A stretch of DNA of 64,000 bases from a bacterium (GTDB lineage: Bacteria; UBA8248). The notes under the pieces were generated by a model. That model was not told where the DNA came from. It was given only the letters and a program-made list of their open reading frames with translations, and searched no databases. Location: NCBI GenBank assembly GCA_965213685.1, contig CBDBZY010000064.1, forward strand, positions 1,376,001-1,440,000, written 5' to 3'. The position numbers and the translations under genes are program-made. Shown piece after piece: positions 27,604-39,908 of this stretch; position 1 is the stretch's first letter, and every line of letters starts with the position of its first letter.

Positions 27604-27760
27604 GCCATGCCGACTTTCCACTGCCAGCCTGTCGATACGAAGACGTCTTGGCCCTTCACGAACTCTTTCGCGGCCTCCAGCTGTTCTGCCTTTACCACTG
27701 GATAGCCAAGTTGGCTAAACGCTGCTGCAATTGCTGCCTCAATGTCTTCGTTCTCGCTTC
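27604..27760 (-). pseudogene. RecQ-like helicase N-terminal remnant (Q motif and Walker A), probably AcademH-derived
   Basis: DIEAAIAAAFSQLGYPVVKAEQLEAAKEFVKGQDVFVS, then a frameshift into AGSGKS. Confidence 0.65.
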
Positions 27761-27797
27761 TTTGGTGCGCTGCGTGTGAAACGAATCTCGTTATGTA

Positions 27798-29467
27798 CAG
27801 ACTTGCTCATGAGATTAAAATTGCGGGTTCACCCCAAGTGCAGCGTTAACCCTCTCTTCGCGCACTTTCATAGCCACTGAAATACAAGATCAAGGTGTTG
27901 GAAGTATGCAGCACCTCGAGGTAAAGAAAGTAGATGTCTAATTTTGGTATAGCTTCATACGCAAAATGCGCATTTTGGCCCTTGTGTAGCGGCGTAGGGG
28001 GAAGTAGACTGCCAAAACTAAGATCTTCTCACACGTCACGTTTGTAGTATTATATAAACGGTGGACACAGGCCTAAATTTGCAGGGTTCATAGAGAGGGT
28101 TGCACCCTGGGACCCCCCCCCTGAAATTCAGGTTTGTACTCTAACATCATTAGATTATAAGCAAGTGAAAGCATTTTGATAGCAGATGGAAATTGGTAGA
28201 GCATACGGTTTCCATAGGAATAATAGCTACCAGGCTCACTTATAAAGTGTTGGCTTAGTTCATACAAATTTTGGCACTGCAGAAAGCGTTGCACGTTATT
28301 GTGACTTAACAATTCTGCAATGCCCCCCCTTCCCCCTCCCCTAGCAAAATATAATCCTAATTTGTGTTACAAAAGATTTTGAACTAACTGGCTGCTTAGT
28401 ACTTCCAAGTCAAGTGTTTGGTGCAATGTGAGCTGTGTGCCCTTTGATCTAAAATACCAAGGGATCTAACACATACTACCAGCTGTATATACTGTGGCTT
28501 ACAGGATTATTCTGAACTCCAGTTAACTCTGTGCATGATTATGATGGCATGAGTACACCATCAGATGGAGTGCAGTGACGTGATCAGTAAATAGGTTTAA
28601 GATAAGTCAATGGAGAGAGTGATATGTACTTCTGATAGCTGTGGAGGACCTGGAGCAAAGATATTGTGAACATCACTTTTCACTTTGTGTATACATCTTT
28701 GAGCGTATAGTGAAGAACGGAGCTGGGAATTAATGGATGTGGTACAAGCCATGTAAGTAAGAAGTATCAGGATCCCTGAAGTTCCGGATAACTTTCACTT
28801 TGAGATACTCTACAATGAAGCAGAAGCCATTTTGATCTGAGAGTTGCCATAAATGCTCACAATATCCTTGCTCCTCCACAGTGTCATATCCCTTGGTATA
28901 GTTAGGCAAGACCAATGCTCATCTCCTCCACAGCTGACAAGTGTGTCAGATCCCTTGCTATATTACATCAAAAGCACACAGCTCACTTAACTTGGAAGTA
29001 CTATGCAGCCAGTTAGTTCAAAGCCTTTGTAAGTGGGTATGAAGCTATACCAAAATTATCATGGTTTAACGTCTACTTTCTTTACCTCGAGATGCTGCAT
29101 ACTTCTTTACACATACTTCTAACACACGATGTGAGATGCTGCATGCTTCTAACACACACTTCTAACACACGGATCCTTTGAGAAGAGCGCTTAGTTTTGG
29201 CAGTCTACTTCCCCCTACGCCGCGACAGAAATGCGCATTCTGCGTATGAAGGTATTCCTAAATTATCATGCTTAGACGTCTACTTTCTTTACCTCGAGAT
29301 GCTACATATCTACTTCTAACACACCGTGTGAGATGCTGCATACTTCTAACACATACTTTAACACACGGATCCTGTATATCAGTGATGAGTGATGTGAAAG
29401 TGCGCGAAGAGAGGGTTAACGCTACACTTGGGGTAAACCCGCAATTTTTATCTCATGAGCAAGTCTA
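27798..29467. mobile_element. Foldback-type element with ~230-bp terminal inverted repeats plus inner inverted repeats
   Basis: 27798-28030 is the reverse complement of about 29180-29467 (AGACTTGCTCATGAGAT...GTTAACCCTCTCTTCGCGCACTTTCA); 28370-28445 mirrors 28965-29030; 29040-29175 partly duplicates the right arm. No clear TSD. Confidence 0.75.
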
Positions 29468-29565
29468 CGCAGGAGGTTAAAGGTCAACCAACAGGCTCGC
29501 ATTTGTCGCTGTGTAGGTCAAGTTCAAGACGTAACATTATGAGCAAAGGGGTGAAGCAGCAAGCG

Positions 29566-29597
<32 letters not shown>

Positions 29598-29669
29598 AGG
29601 GGGGGGAACAGTGTTTCTCAACTGCCTCTACGTTCATCAGCGCCTCCTCATGGTGACCCCTGGGCATGT

Positions 29670-31130
29670 AGACTACTCACTTGTGCCATTGGCAGAACGC
29701 TGACGGCAAGTTTGGATCATCAACTCATGCCGAGCTTGTTCACTCCAGGTGGGCTTGCAACTCACAGAAGTTGTTGGCAGGTCATACAAAACCATACAAA
29801 AGATTGCAAGTCAACTGGTTAACTAATAGGTATGATGTATCAAGACTCAAAGGCAGCAGCGTGGATGACAATAGGGAGCTTACTGCCAAAGGCCTCTTCC
29901 AAGACAGGGTAGTGGGGTCATTGAAGCAAGCATGGAGGGCTGATGCCTCAGCTGACAAGAAGTGGACATTATTCATTATTGAAGACAACCTGTGTCACAC
30001 TGCTGAACTGACACTTGGAAGAGAGATCAAGAGGAACCCAGACTGGTTTACAGAGAGCAAGGATGACCTTGAACCTTAAGGAAGAGCAAGGAGGCTCATT
30101 TGCAGTGGCTCAACACTGGAAAGGAAAGGGATAAGAAAGAATTCAGGAACGTGGAGAGGCCAGGTGAGCCAGAAGGAGAGCAAAGAACTTGTGGTTCCAG
30201 AAGAAGGCTGCAGAAGCCCAAGATTGGAAGAATGGGAGAAAGGTAGTGTGGAGGTTTATTTGAGACATCCAGGGAGGGAGAATGGGGACTGGCTTCAGTG
30301 AAGTATGTGAGGGTGCGTGATGAGGAGGGAAGGGAATGCAGCACTCCACAGCAACAGAAAGAGAGATGGCAAAGGCACTTCTCCAGGATCTTAAACATCC
30401 AAAGCCAGTTTGATGAAGAGGAGATAAAGAAGGCTAAACAATGGTCACTGAGGAAAAACCTGGAAGAGCCCCCTCAGAGGAAGAACAGCTATTTGGAAGT
30501 TAAAATCAGGGAAAGCAGCAGAACAGTCAGGAATCCTTCCAGAAATGGTGAAGTCTGCAAGCTTGGAAGGAAGAGAGAGTTTCCAGGGACTAGGTAAAAG
30601 CCATACTGGTACCAATCTCTAAGAAGAGCGACCTCCATGGCTGTGGTAATTGGAGAGGAATTGCACAAACAATACAGGTGCAGCACCTCAGCCTCAAGCC
30701 ATTTTCAACATTAGTGTCATCAAGTAGATCTCCCTCACTTACCTTCATGTCAGAGTGAAAGGAACGCACCAGCTGAATAACATTCCTGGGCACAGAGTTG
30801 TAGGCCTTCTTGAGGTCGATGTAACTCAAGAAGGACTTTGTTTGATGCTTCCAAGACTTCACCAGTTGTCAAAGGGTGAAAATCACGTCCATACAGCTCT
30901 GGCCCTTCCTGAATCCACACTGGGATTCTGGCAGCTCTTCTTCAGCCACTTCCTGCAACCTAGCTTGTAGTACTCGAGCAACAACCTTCCCCATTGCATC
31001 TAGCAGCAACCTGTACACCTGCCTTCTGATGGAATGCTGGATTTCCAGAGTGGAGGATGTGGAGGGAGCAGGTGTCCCACTCAAGTTCAAGAAGCTATTC
31101 AATGAGTATGGGAAGTTGAACACAGGTCTT
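29670..31130 (+). mobile_element. Decayed RTE-clade LINE fragment with an internal inversion
   Basis: Plus strand: DWF, ERWQRHFSRILN, ILVPISKK..NWRGIA. Minus strand 31006-30666: LLDAMGKVVAR...LPESQCGFRKG...IDLKKAY...GLR. Plus strand then resumes NLYTCLL. Confidence 0.8.
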
Positions 31131-31820
31131 TCACACCTCTCATTTTCAGCACATCATGTGGGATGGGCAAAGCTGCATTAGTTGCCTTCAGTCATCTGGC
31201 CTCCTTACTAAGCACCAAGAGTACAGTGTGACAAAGGGCTGGTTACATTGCTGCCTATCATTCTCCCTCCTTCAGTCTGAAGTGATGTATTTGCAGGGGT
31301 CACATTCTAGGCAGGGTTATGTCCTGCACCATACAGACATGTTTTGATCATATCTCTCTTTCTTTATATTCTCTAACTGTGTTGCACTCTGCATTGTATT
31401 TTATCTTGTCATTTAGTCTTGTGCTGGGCGCGTAGTGTGCAGAATACGCAGAAGTAATATAATTTAAAGTACACAACTCACACATGCAATGAGCTGAGAA
31501 CTGAGATCATTGACTTAGGGTACTTACTACTGCATGAGAAGGCCGCAATGAATGTGAGCGTAAGATGCCCAACGAAATGTGTGCAACTTCCACAAAATGT
31601 GAGTGTTGTGAGGTTTCTGAATATCATGTGTAGTACACGTACACGTAGAGCTAAAGATGGCTGGTACAACTGCATCCATGGACACATGAACTTAGCAGGG
31701 GAGGTTAACTAGTGGATGGGACAATGAGTGAAATTTGTAGAACCCCCTAAGCTTGGAGGCTGGCTATGGGCCTGAGCTAATAATGTATGAAACCCCCTTT
31801 TATGTAGGTTGAACATTGTG

Positions 31821-34279
31821 ATGGCTGATCCAAAGCAACTCAGTGGTACAACCAACAGTGCTCCAGTAAAACCCATTGTTCCACTAGCACAGAATGCAGA
31901 TGTAACATCTAATACAAATGTGAAGTTGACATTATCCACTGTTGACCAAAAGAAGTCTGCTGGATTATCAAATGACCACCTCCACAAGGTCTTTTCTAGA
32001 AGGTCTATGACATTACCATCTTTTAGGAAGTACAAGCCTGAAGGTACACAGAGCACGAATACCAGAAGAAAGCTATCCTCAGTTGTTAATCAGAATAGAA
32101 CTTCTTTTCCTTGCATGGAAACAGCAAGCACTCTAGGTGAAAAGGCCACAAAACACAATGACAAAACTGTTGAACTTCACAAGCGACCACTTCCTCCCAC
32201 TCCCAACAGTCCACAGATATCTCTATCCCACAAGAGTTCCCCAACACCTCAGCACCAAGCATCCTTTTCTCTTGCCATCAAAGAGCAGCCCATGCTCCTG
32301 GCTGAAAAAATGGAGTCTGTAGCAGGTGACAAAGAGAGTGTAAGGAAAGACAGTCTTTCACAACCAAAAGATAAACAATATCTCTCAGCCAATGCACATT
32401 CATGTACTGCAATGAATTCTAGTGAGCCAAGACTACTTCCATTTTCACCTACCACATCATTCACAGTAGGGCTAGAATCTGTTTCTGATCCAACTTCTAC
32501 AAGTAGGGCACTCAACTATGCTGGTACTAATAGTGCAACTGCTGGTAATGATCCAAACTCCCCAAACCCTACTGCCTGTGTGCCTTCAACCCCTTCAATG
32601 AAAGCAGTGACATATCTTGGTGAGACCATAAACAAGCATGCTGAACATTTTCCACTCCGTATTCGAGTTCTACAAGGGTATTGCAGTGAAGAATCTGAGC
32701 AAAATCTTTCCACAAATGATGAGTTTGACATTCACTTTGTTAAGCACACTCGCATAATATCACTGAAAGACAAAGACGGATACACTCATCATATTCCACT
32801 GGCATCATCCATGAAATTTGGATTGGTATACAATCCAATCAATGATTACAATAATGCACTAATTGGGCATGAATTTGAAAAATGCTCTGATATTATGGCA
32901 ATGGCACCACTGCCCAAAGTAATATGTGCAATGAATGCTGTTAATAGCACAGAAGACAAAAGCAGCATACATGAACACGAGATTTTGGCTGTAAGGAACA
33001 TACACAAATCAAAATTCCGGGGTCGGAGATGGCTTAAAGTGTTTAGTTTCCTCTCAAATACAGAGAAACTTCTTCCTGATGATTGTGCAGGCCATTTTAC
33101 AACAAAACCTTCCCTAATTTGCTTACATCTTTCACAAATAATTCAAGGTGTAGATAATCCCTTTCCATCACAAGCAGTAGTATATCTAGGAGCTGAGTCA
33201 AAGATGACCAAAAACCTAAGCAACAGTCTGTCTGGTGTTATTACCCTTTGTGACTGCACCACTGAAGCATCATTGGTAGTAAGCCCTGTTGTTGATGGCT
33301 GTGCTGATAATGAGCACCAATTCAGCTTACCACTTAACAGTGTAACATCACAAATTGAAGTACAACCAATTCTATGGGAGATGGATGAACTTGATTACAT
33401 GTACGATGACACATTGACATTCACTAAACATAGAGATCAGCCATATGTCAATCTTATGGACATCTATGAACCAGATAATAACAATGCAAGAAGGGATACA
33501 GGTGGTGACGATACATATGCAACAGTGGAATTGGAAATGGGTGATTCAATTGAACAATTGGACACAAGTACCGAATATGACACAGTTCCTTTTGAAATGA
33601 ATGGAAGTGTACACACTGCTGACCACAATCTTATGGGGGAATCAAGTGCACAGTCCTCAGATATAGAGCGGTAAATGTACTGTGTGTGATCATTGTAGTA
33701 TATTCTTCACGTATACTGTATGTTCCATCAAACCTCAGAATTGAAGACACTCTCAGGAAACTTGCAATAAAAGTGGAATCCTTGGAATCACAGATAAAAA
33801 CCTTATCTAGGCAACCTACTGCATTGTTGCCACAACAATCAAGTGGTTCTTACTGTGACAAGGAACTAAACAAACAATTACTTTCCATGTTGAATGAAAA
33901 TCAAGTGAGTAACTTGCACTCTATTTTTTTGCATTGTAGCATTACCACTTAATACTCTACCTATACTGTCAGACCTAAGGTTGTTGAGCATCTCTACATG
34001 CAATACTTGCTAAGACTGCTAGTTAAAATAATGTACCTGTAGTGACATGTGCTCCAAAGTTGTTATTTGTATACACAGATTGAAGAGCTACTGATTGCTA
34101 TGGATCTTGAACAATACACAGCTAGCTTCAAAACAGAGCACATTACGGGTGCTATTCTACTGGAGTGCAGTGATGAAATTCTGGAAATGGAGTTAGGAGT
34201 GACTTTGAAAGTGCACAGGATTAGACTGATGAACGTAATTACAGGAAAGCAATCTGTCAAAACAATAATGGAGATATAG
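31821..34279 (+). CDS. GAREM/THEMIS-like adaptor: disordered Pro-rich N-terminus, CABIT-like domain, Tyr-motif cluster, coiled coil and C-terminal SAM (738 aa)
   Basis: Exons 31821-33670, 33739-33904, 34079-34279 splice in frame (GT-AG). FPLRIRVLQG...IPL....F...F....DI.....LPKVIC resembles CABIT. IEELL..MDLEQY...FKTEHITGAILL......L..ELGV....HRIRLM is a clear SAM domain. The CABIT call is less certain than the gene model. Confidence 0.8.
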
Positions 34280-34729
34280 CTTCTGCAAAGTTATTCTAAG
34301 TTTAATATTGTGCAACAGTTTTCAATAGTATAGATGGACTTTATCACTCACAACTAGAATAGTTGGTAGAAATTACCATCACTCCTTTTTCGACTGCAGC
34401 ACTGGTATATGCAACTATAAAATATAATTCATATAATTATGGAAAAAGTAAAATATTTAATCATGTTTTGTAATAAGAGATATATGAGTTCAAAGTTCAT
34501 GAAGTGCAACTATAGGCGGATACTCTGAGCAGTTGTGTTGCAGCATCATGACATTGCACAAGTGTACTTCACCAATACCATAAGTGCATTCATTACATAA
34601 TTATACGCATCATTAGTGTGCCACATATGCACACATAAGGTAACTTCTACATGATCGGACAATATGGGGGTGGTCAGTGTCAAAAGTGACTGTTTTATAT
34701 TAAATGACAGTTTTGGAGCTATGTGTTCC

Positions 34730-34930
34730 CTGAATTGGGGTGTGTGTTTCATGATATGTTTGTGAGAAGGGTATGTATTGTGTCTGTGAGAGGGGGTGTG
34801 TGTTGTGTGAGAGGTAGCATGTGTTCTGTTTGGGGGAAGTTCTGTGGTTCTGAGGCCTGTATTCTGTGAGGGGTAGTGTTCTGTGAGAGGGCATATGTGC
34901 TTCTGTGAGGAGAGTGTTCTGTGAGAGGTG
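34730..34930. repeat. Degenerate GT-rich minisatellite (TGTTCTGTGAGAGGG-like unit)
   Basis: About ten imperfect 16-20 bp units. Confidence 0.6.
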
Positions 34931-35270
34931 TTCTTAATAAGGGGAGTGGTATGGCAAAACTACTGATAGCAGGTGAACACAAATGTGGTAGTGTGTGGAT
35001 CTATTGTAATGGCAGATGGTTTCAACAGCAAGAAGTCGCAACAGCAAATCTGTTGCTGGAAGCAGTATCTAGGCTAGAAAATATGACCAGCAATAGGTAA
35101 TATTAGTGATAGCACAACTTGAAATGTCCCCAACAGAATTGAATCTTCCTTCATGCCTCAGGTTGTTTCCCGGTCCAGATCACTTGCTTTTGGAATGTAA
35201 GGCAATCTGAATCCTCATAGAGCACAACCCCACCCCACAGAACCCTCCACTTTATGAAACACCAGAAGCA

Positions 35271-36197
35271 CTTAACTTCTATATGTACCTGGGTTACCAA
35301 CAATCACCTCACTTTGAATTCTAAGAAGAGTTGTTACATGTTGTTCTCCAGGAAGTCACATCCAACTGTTCCTGCTACTAACCTTTATACTGGAGACTGC
35401 CAACCACTTACAAGAGTTTCCCATTATAAATACCTCGGACTTAATTTTTCTGAGGATCTATCATGGAGCCATCATATTCAGATACAGTGCAAGAAATCCC
35501 GCAAACTGATTGGAATTTTGTTTCGAAACTTCTATGCGTACTGCAATGCTCATACTCTACATGTTCTGTTCAAAACTGTGATTATGCCCCACTTAGAATA
35601 TGGTTGTGTGGTTTGGGATCCTCACCTGCTCAAAGACAAAACAGCCATCAAAAATGTTCACAAGTTTGCTTTAAGGGTGTGCTCAAAGCAATGGAGAGCT
35701 AGCTATGAGTCTCTTCTGACCACTTTTCATGCTTTTTCAATGTCAGAAAGAAGAGTACAACTGAAACTGCTCACATTATTTAATATGGTTAAGGGAAATA
35801 TTTTGCTACCATCGCTTCCATTACAGCCTAGGAATATTCCATATGCCATCAGACATGCAAATCAGCATCAGCTCACTCTCCCTCTGTACCGCACAAACTC
35901 TTTCAAGCACTCTTTTTTCCCTTCTGCCATCACCTACTGGAATGACCTCCCTTTTGACACAATGGAACTATCATCTCCAGCAATGTTTAAAAGACTTGTA
36001 ATGCAGCTCTAGTCAGTAACTATTGCATTTCTTTTTCCTTATATTTCTTTCCTTTGTTTTTGCTGTTCATTCACATTCCCTTTTCCTTGTGTATGTGTTC
36101 TTTTTTCCTTTGGCCTCAGGATTAGTATTAGCTCTTGTAGCTATTTCTTGCAGGCTGTGCACACTTGGCACAAATTTGTCAATTAAAAAAAAAAAAA
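35271..36197 (+). mobile_element. 5'-truncated CR1/L2-group LINE (RT thumb/C-terminus, 3' UTR, poly-A)
   Basis: YKYLGL.FS.DLSWS.HI, PHLEYG.VVWDPH, SFFPSAI..WNDLP; poly-A at 36185-36197; candidate TSD AAGCAC at 35265-35270 and 36196-36201. Confidence 0.88.
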
Positions 36198-36325
36198 GCA
36201 CCATGATGTTAGCCTCGTTCCCAGGCTCCCCCCTAGCGTACGCATATGACCTTTGCAGTACAACAATCGAAAAATCAGAGGGAGAGCATTTCATCCCACG
36301 AATGACGTCACAGGGTAAGAACTTT

Positions 36326-36425
36326 ATTGCCGAGCGCCTTAGCGCGAGGCAACTAATTCCGCATCGCATCTCAGAAATAGTTTCTATTTAAGTATGTATG
36401 TATGTATGTACGTCACGCTTAGGAA
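36326..36425. mobile_element. End of a Helentron/HINE-like repeat (hairpin + (GTAT)n), interrupted by a LINE
   Basis: Near-identical to 63877-63982: ATTGCCGAGCGCCTTAGCGCGAGGCAAC...(GTAT)n...CACGCTTAGGAAT; the repeat appears to resume near 40120. Helentron class is inferred from the hairpin + microsatellite layout. Confidence 0.55.
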
Positions 36426-36513
36426 TTTTTTTTTTTTTTTTTTTTTCTATAAAAGTTTATGCCAAATGCAAAGGTTACATACAGTAGCAGAGTGCTAATA
36501 CAAGGTATGCAAC

Positions 36514-39333
36514 CTAAGGACAAAGAAACAAGGGACAGAGAGAAGACTTAAATGAGTGTATAGAGTCAGCAGTTAAAGCCTCGTGGGGTAAATTGTTCCA
36601 TAGTGATATAGAAGAAAGAACAAAAGATGAGAAGAAAGAATTGGTGCGTGCAAAGGGTTGATGAAGAAGTGGTACAGGTGCTGAGATGTTTGACCTAAGT
36701 GGCAATATATCAACAGGAAAGTAAATTAATTTATGAACAATCTTATAAAGAGTACACAACTTAAAATACAGACGACGGTTACGGAGAGTAGGACACTTAG
36801 CAAGGTCAAGTAAATCCTGATAACTCAGATTATCCCATTGTTTAGAACATATTTTCAATGCAAGTTTCTGTGTATTTTCCAGTTTTTTTATGCTTCTGGC
36901 TGTACAAGGATCCCAAACTGGGGCTGCATATTCTAAATGTGGCCTGATTTGTGTGGTATACAGTTCAAAGAGAGTGTCAGATCCAGCACTATTGTAAAAG
37001 CATCCGTAAAGTAGGCCCAAGAGTTTCCTTGCTTTGGTGCAAACAGATTCAATGTGTGGTGTCCAAGAGAGGTCTGACGATAGGATGACACCAAGGTATT
37101 TGATGGTATCGACACATTCCAGTGGAATACCCTCTAGAAGTATGGCTGGGACATCGGTTGGTTTCCTCTTTCGAGACACTCTCATATATTTGCACTTAGA
37201 TGGATTCATAGTCAGATGATGTGTGCGAACCCAAGTATTTAATAAGTCATTGTCCTGCTGAAGGTGTTGAGTGTCACCTGCAGAATTGAGACCTCTGTAC
37301 AACAACATGTCATCAGCAAATAAGTTAATGTAGGTACCAGAGGAGAAAGGCAAGCTAGCAGCATCATTGATGTAGATAAGGAACAGCAAGGGTCCTAACA
37401 CTGAGCCCTGTGGTACTCCAGACAGCACTGGTAAAGGAGCTGAAGATTCGCCACCAACAACCACTTTTTGAAATCGTCGAGTAAGGTAACTTCGCACCCA
37501 TTTCAGAATATGGGGATGAAGCCCAGTAGCTTCTAATTTCTGAAGTAGGGGTACATGAGGAACTGAGTCAAACGCTTTGCGAAGGTCATAGAAGATGGCA
37601 AGAATTTCCTTGCCAGTCTCCAGTGCTTGAAGCCAAGCATGGACCACAGTTAGGAGAGAAGCCACAGCTGACTTTCCATGTTGAAACCCCCACTGGTTAA
37701 GAGCAAGTTGGTAAGAGGTGTTGAAATGATCAGTAAGCAGCCAATGGAAGTGTCGTTCAAGCAATTTGCTCATTATGGAGAGGAGGGAGATTGGCCGGTA
37801 GTTGTCAGGTTTACTACTATCACCACCCTTGGGAATGGGAACGATGGATGATTCCTTCCAACATTGAGGAAACTTGCCAGTCCTGATTGAAATGTTAAAT
37901 AACTTTGTTAGTGATGGAACAATACTCTCAAGTGTGCCTTTTAACATCCTAGAAGAAATTCCATCTGGTCCACTGGCTTTAGACACATCCAGAGAGCGAA
38001 TAAGGGCTGCTACCTCCTCTTCACAACAGAGGAAATCATCTGGACAGTGGTTAGATGGACAATCATTTAGGGGCTCAAGTAATGGTGGAACAGCAGGATT
38101 GAAACAGCTGGAGAAGAAGTCATTCAGCATCTTAGCTTTGGCTGAGTTGGTAGATGCAGACACATCATTTAACATAAGAGTAGGAATGGTTGATTTTTGT
38201 TTGCTAAGACATTTGATTGCTTTCCAAAACTGTTTCTTGTTAGTTGAACTTAAGGTATTGAAGTAGGCTCTTCGAGATTTACGAATCATGGAAGTTACAG
38301 TATTACGCAACATTTGGTACCTCTTAGCACTGTTGCAGTTGGGAGACTTCTTATGTTTTCGAAAAGCAATGTTACGTTTATGAATACACCGAACAATATT
38401 CTGGTTCAGCCAGGGCAGATTGTGCCTCCTTGGCAGTTGCCTTTGAGGAATACACTCCGACATTATCTCAAGAAAGCGTTTTTGCCAGTTACGGGTGGAA
38501 GTGTCAATGTCATTTTCATGTAGCAAGCTGTCCCAGTCAGTGATGCGAATCAGGTCACAAGCCTTGGTGAAATCCGCATGCTTGTAGTCCCAAATTAGGC
38601 GCTGGGATAGTTTGAACTGTCTGTGAGTGGGTTTCCATTTTAGTAGAAGGTGGAGGCCATTGTGGTCAGAATTTGCAAGAGGTGGGGTAGTACAGCACTG
38701 AATAAGTTGAGACATGTCTGATAACAGAGCCAGATCAATGATAGATGGCTCTCCATTTGGTTTAGTGTGAGTTGAAGAAGTGACTGCTTGTGAAAGTGAA
38801 AAGGTATATAAAAACCCATGTAACTTTGGGGAGAGAGGATGGCTGGGATTGCAAAAATCCACATTGAAATCTCCTATAAGTACGAAAGTAGAAAAACGGG
38901 AAGGATTGATGTTGTGTACAATTGAAAGAAGAGAATCAAAAATATTTGCAGGAGACGATGGTGGCCTATAAAACAGTGAGATGCAATGCTTTGATTTGGG
39001 AGGTGGGGAAGAAATGGAAACAGAGAGAAACTCTAGATTGGGAGATCCCGTCATTAGTAATTCACTAGTGACACATGACTTTACATAAATTATGACCCCA
39101 CCACCATGCCTGTTCCGGTCTAACCTATAAAGTGCATAGCCCACCAGGGAAATTTCAAAGTCAGATATTTCAGTGGAGAGCCAGGATTCCACTATGCAGA
39201 TTACAGTTGGTTCAAGATCTTCCACAGTAGCAGCCAGTTCATCAAACTTGGGAAGGAGACTTCTTGCATTGTAATACAAAATTGACAAAGGATTGGAGCT
39301 GGGAGTACCAGGTTGAAAGCTTGCGCCTTCCAC
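36514..39333 (-). CDS. Intact LINE ORF2 (APE endonuclease + reverse transcriptase), CR1/L2 group; element about 36426-40115
   Basis: 939 codons without a stop: YYNARSL, ESWL, GGGVIIYV, YRPP, GDFN, IDL, SDH; NYRPISLL, DLRKAFDSV, GVPQGSVLGP, FADD; about 21-nt poly-A at 36426-36446. The listed start is GTG. Confidence 0.95.
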   Translation of the reverse strand: MEGASFQPGTPSSNPLSILYYNARSLLPKFDELAATVEDLEPTVICIVESWLSTEISDFEISLVGYALYRLDRNRHGGGVIIYVKSCVTSELLMTGSPNLEFLSVSISSPPPKSKHCISLFYRPPSSPANIFDSLLSIVHNINPSRFSTFVLIGDFNVDFCNPSHPLSPKLHGFLYTFSLSQAVTSSTHTKPNGEPSIIDLALLSDMSQLIQCCTTPPLANSDHNGLHLLLKWKPTHRQFKLSQRLIWDYKHADFTKACDLIRITDWDSLLHENDIDTSTRNWQKRFLEIMSECIPQRQLPRRHNLPWLNQNIVRCIHKRNIAFRKHKKSPNCNSAKRYQMLRNTVTSMIRKSRRAYFNTLSSTNKKQFWKAIKCLSKQKSTIPTLMLNDVSASTNSAKAKMLNDFFSSCFNPAVPPLLEPLNDCPSNHCPDDFLCCEEEVAALIRSLDVSKASGPDGISSRMLKGTLESIVPSLTKLFNISIRTGKFPQCWKESSIVPIPKGGDSSKPDNYRPISLLSIMSKLLERHFHWLLTDHFNTSYQLALNQWGFQHGKSAVASLLTVVHAWLQALETGKEILAIFYDLRKAFDSVPHVPLLQKLEATGLHPHILKWVRSYLTRRFQKVVVGGESSAPLPVLSGVPQGSVLGPLLFLIYINDAASLPFSSGTYINLFADDMLLYRGLNSAGDTQHLQQDNDLLNTWVRTHHLTMNPSKCKYMRVSRKRKPTDVPAILLEGIPLECVDTIKYLGVILSSDLSWTPHIESVCTKARKLLGLLYGCFYNSAGSDTLFELYTTQIRPHLEYAAPVWDPCTARSIKKLENTQKLALKICSKQWDNLSYQDLLDLAKCPTLRNRRLYFKLCTLYKIVHKLIYFPVDILPLRSNISAPVPLLHQPFARTNSFFSSFVLSSISLWNNLPHEALTADSIHSFKSSLCPLFLCP

Positions 39334-39350
39334 GAAAGGAGTAAGTGCTT

Positions 39351-39908
39351 CTAATTGTCTAAAAAAGGCGGTGTATTTACAGGAGGTAGGGAGTCAGACA
39401 ATAGGGAACAATGGGTCACACCGTCTGCACTGATGTCTTCACTGTGAGTAACAATGACTGTGTCTGTAGCAGTTGCAGATGAAGATGTAGAAGATTGTTG
39501 AGCATTGTCTGGTTGCAGTGTAGATGTTTGTGGTTGCTCTGGTTGCTGGCCAGGTAGGACATTGGCAGGAGAGCTGTCTTCATAGCAGTACATATTCTCT
39601 AGTTTCCAACCTGTGTGGGTAGAAATGTTCATCCATTGTTGTTCAAGCATGTTTATGGCAGACAGATCTCCCCGTATTACAAACCACCACCTTTTCACCA
39701 GTCCACATTGCGAGGTTTTGTACTTGCGTTTGATTACCAGGCCACTTGTCAAAGATTGTGTGGGAATGAAGCGCCCAATTGCATTGAATAGTGCTGTCGA
39801 TGTGGTAGACCTCAGAGTGCCCCATACCTTCCTTGCATCTGGGATGAGAGCACGATTCTTGAGTGGTTTTGCAATTAGTTTGTGCGCTACGCGCAAACGT
39901 ACGTGCAT
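39351..39908 (-). CDS. LINE ORF1 (probably partial)
   Basis: Directly upstream of ORF2 on the same strand; RKVWGTL...IKRKYK...RWWFVIRG...W..I...TGWKLE followed by an S/T/Q-rich tail. Confidence 0.7.
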   Translation of the reverse strand: MHVRLRVAHKLIAKPLKNRALIPDARKVWGTLRSTTSTALFNAIGRFIPTQSLTSGLVIKRKYKTSQCGLVKRWWFVIRGDLSAINMLEQQWMNISTHTGWKLENMYCYEDSSPANVLPGQQPEQPQTSTLQPDNAQQSSTSSSATATDTVIVTHSEDISADGVTHCSLLSDSLPPVNTPPFLDN

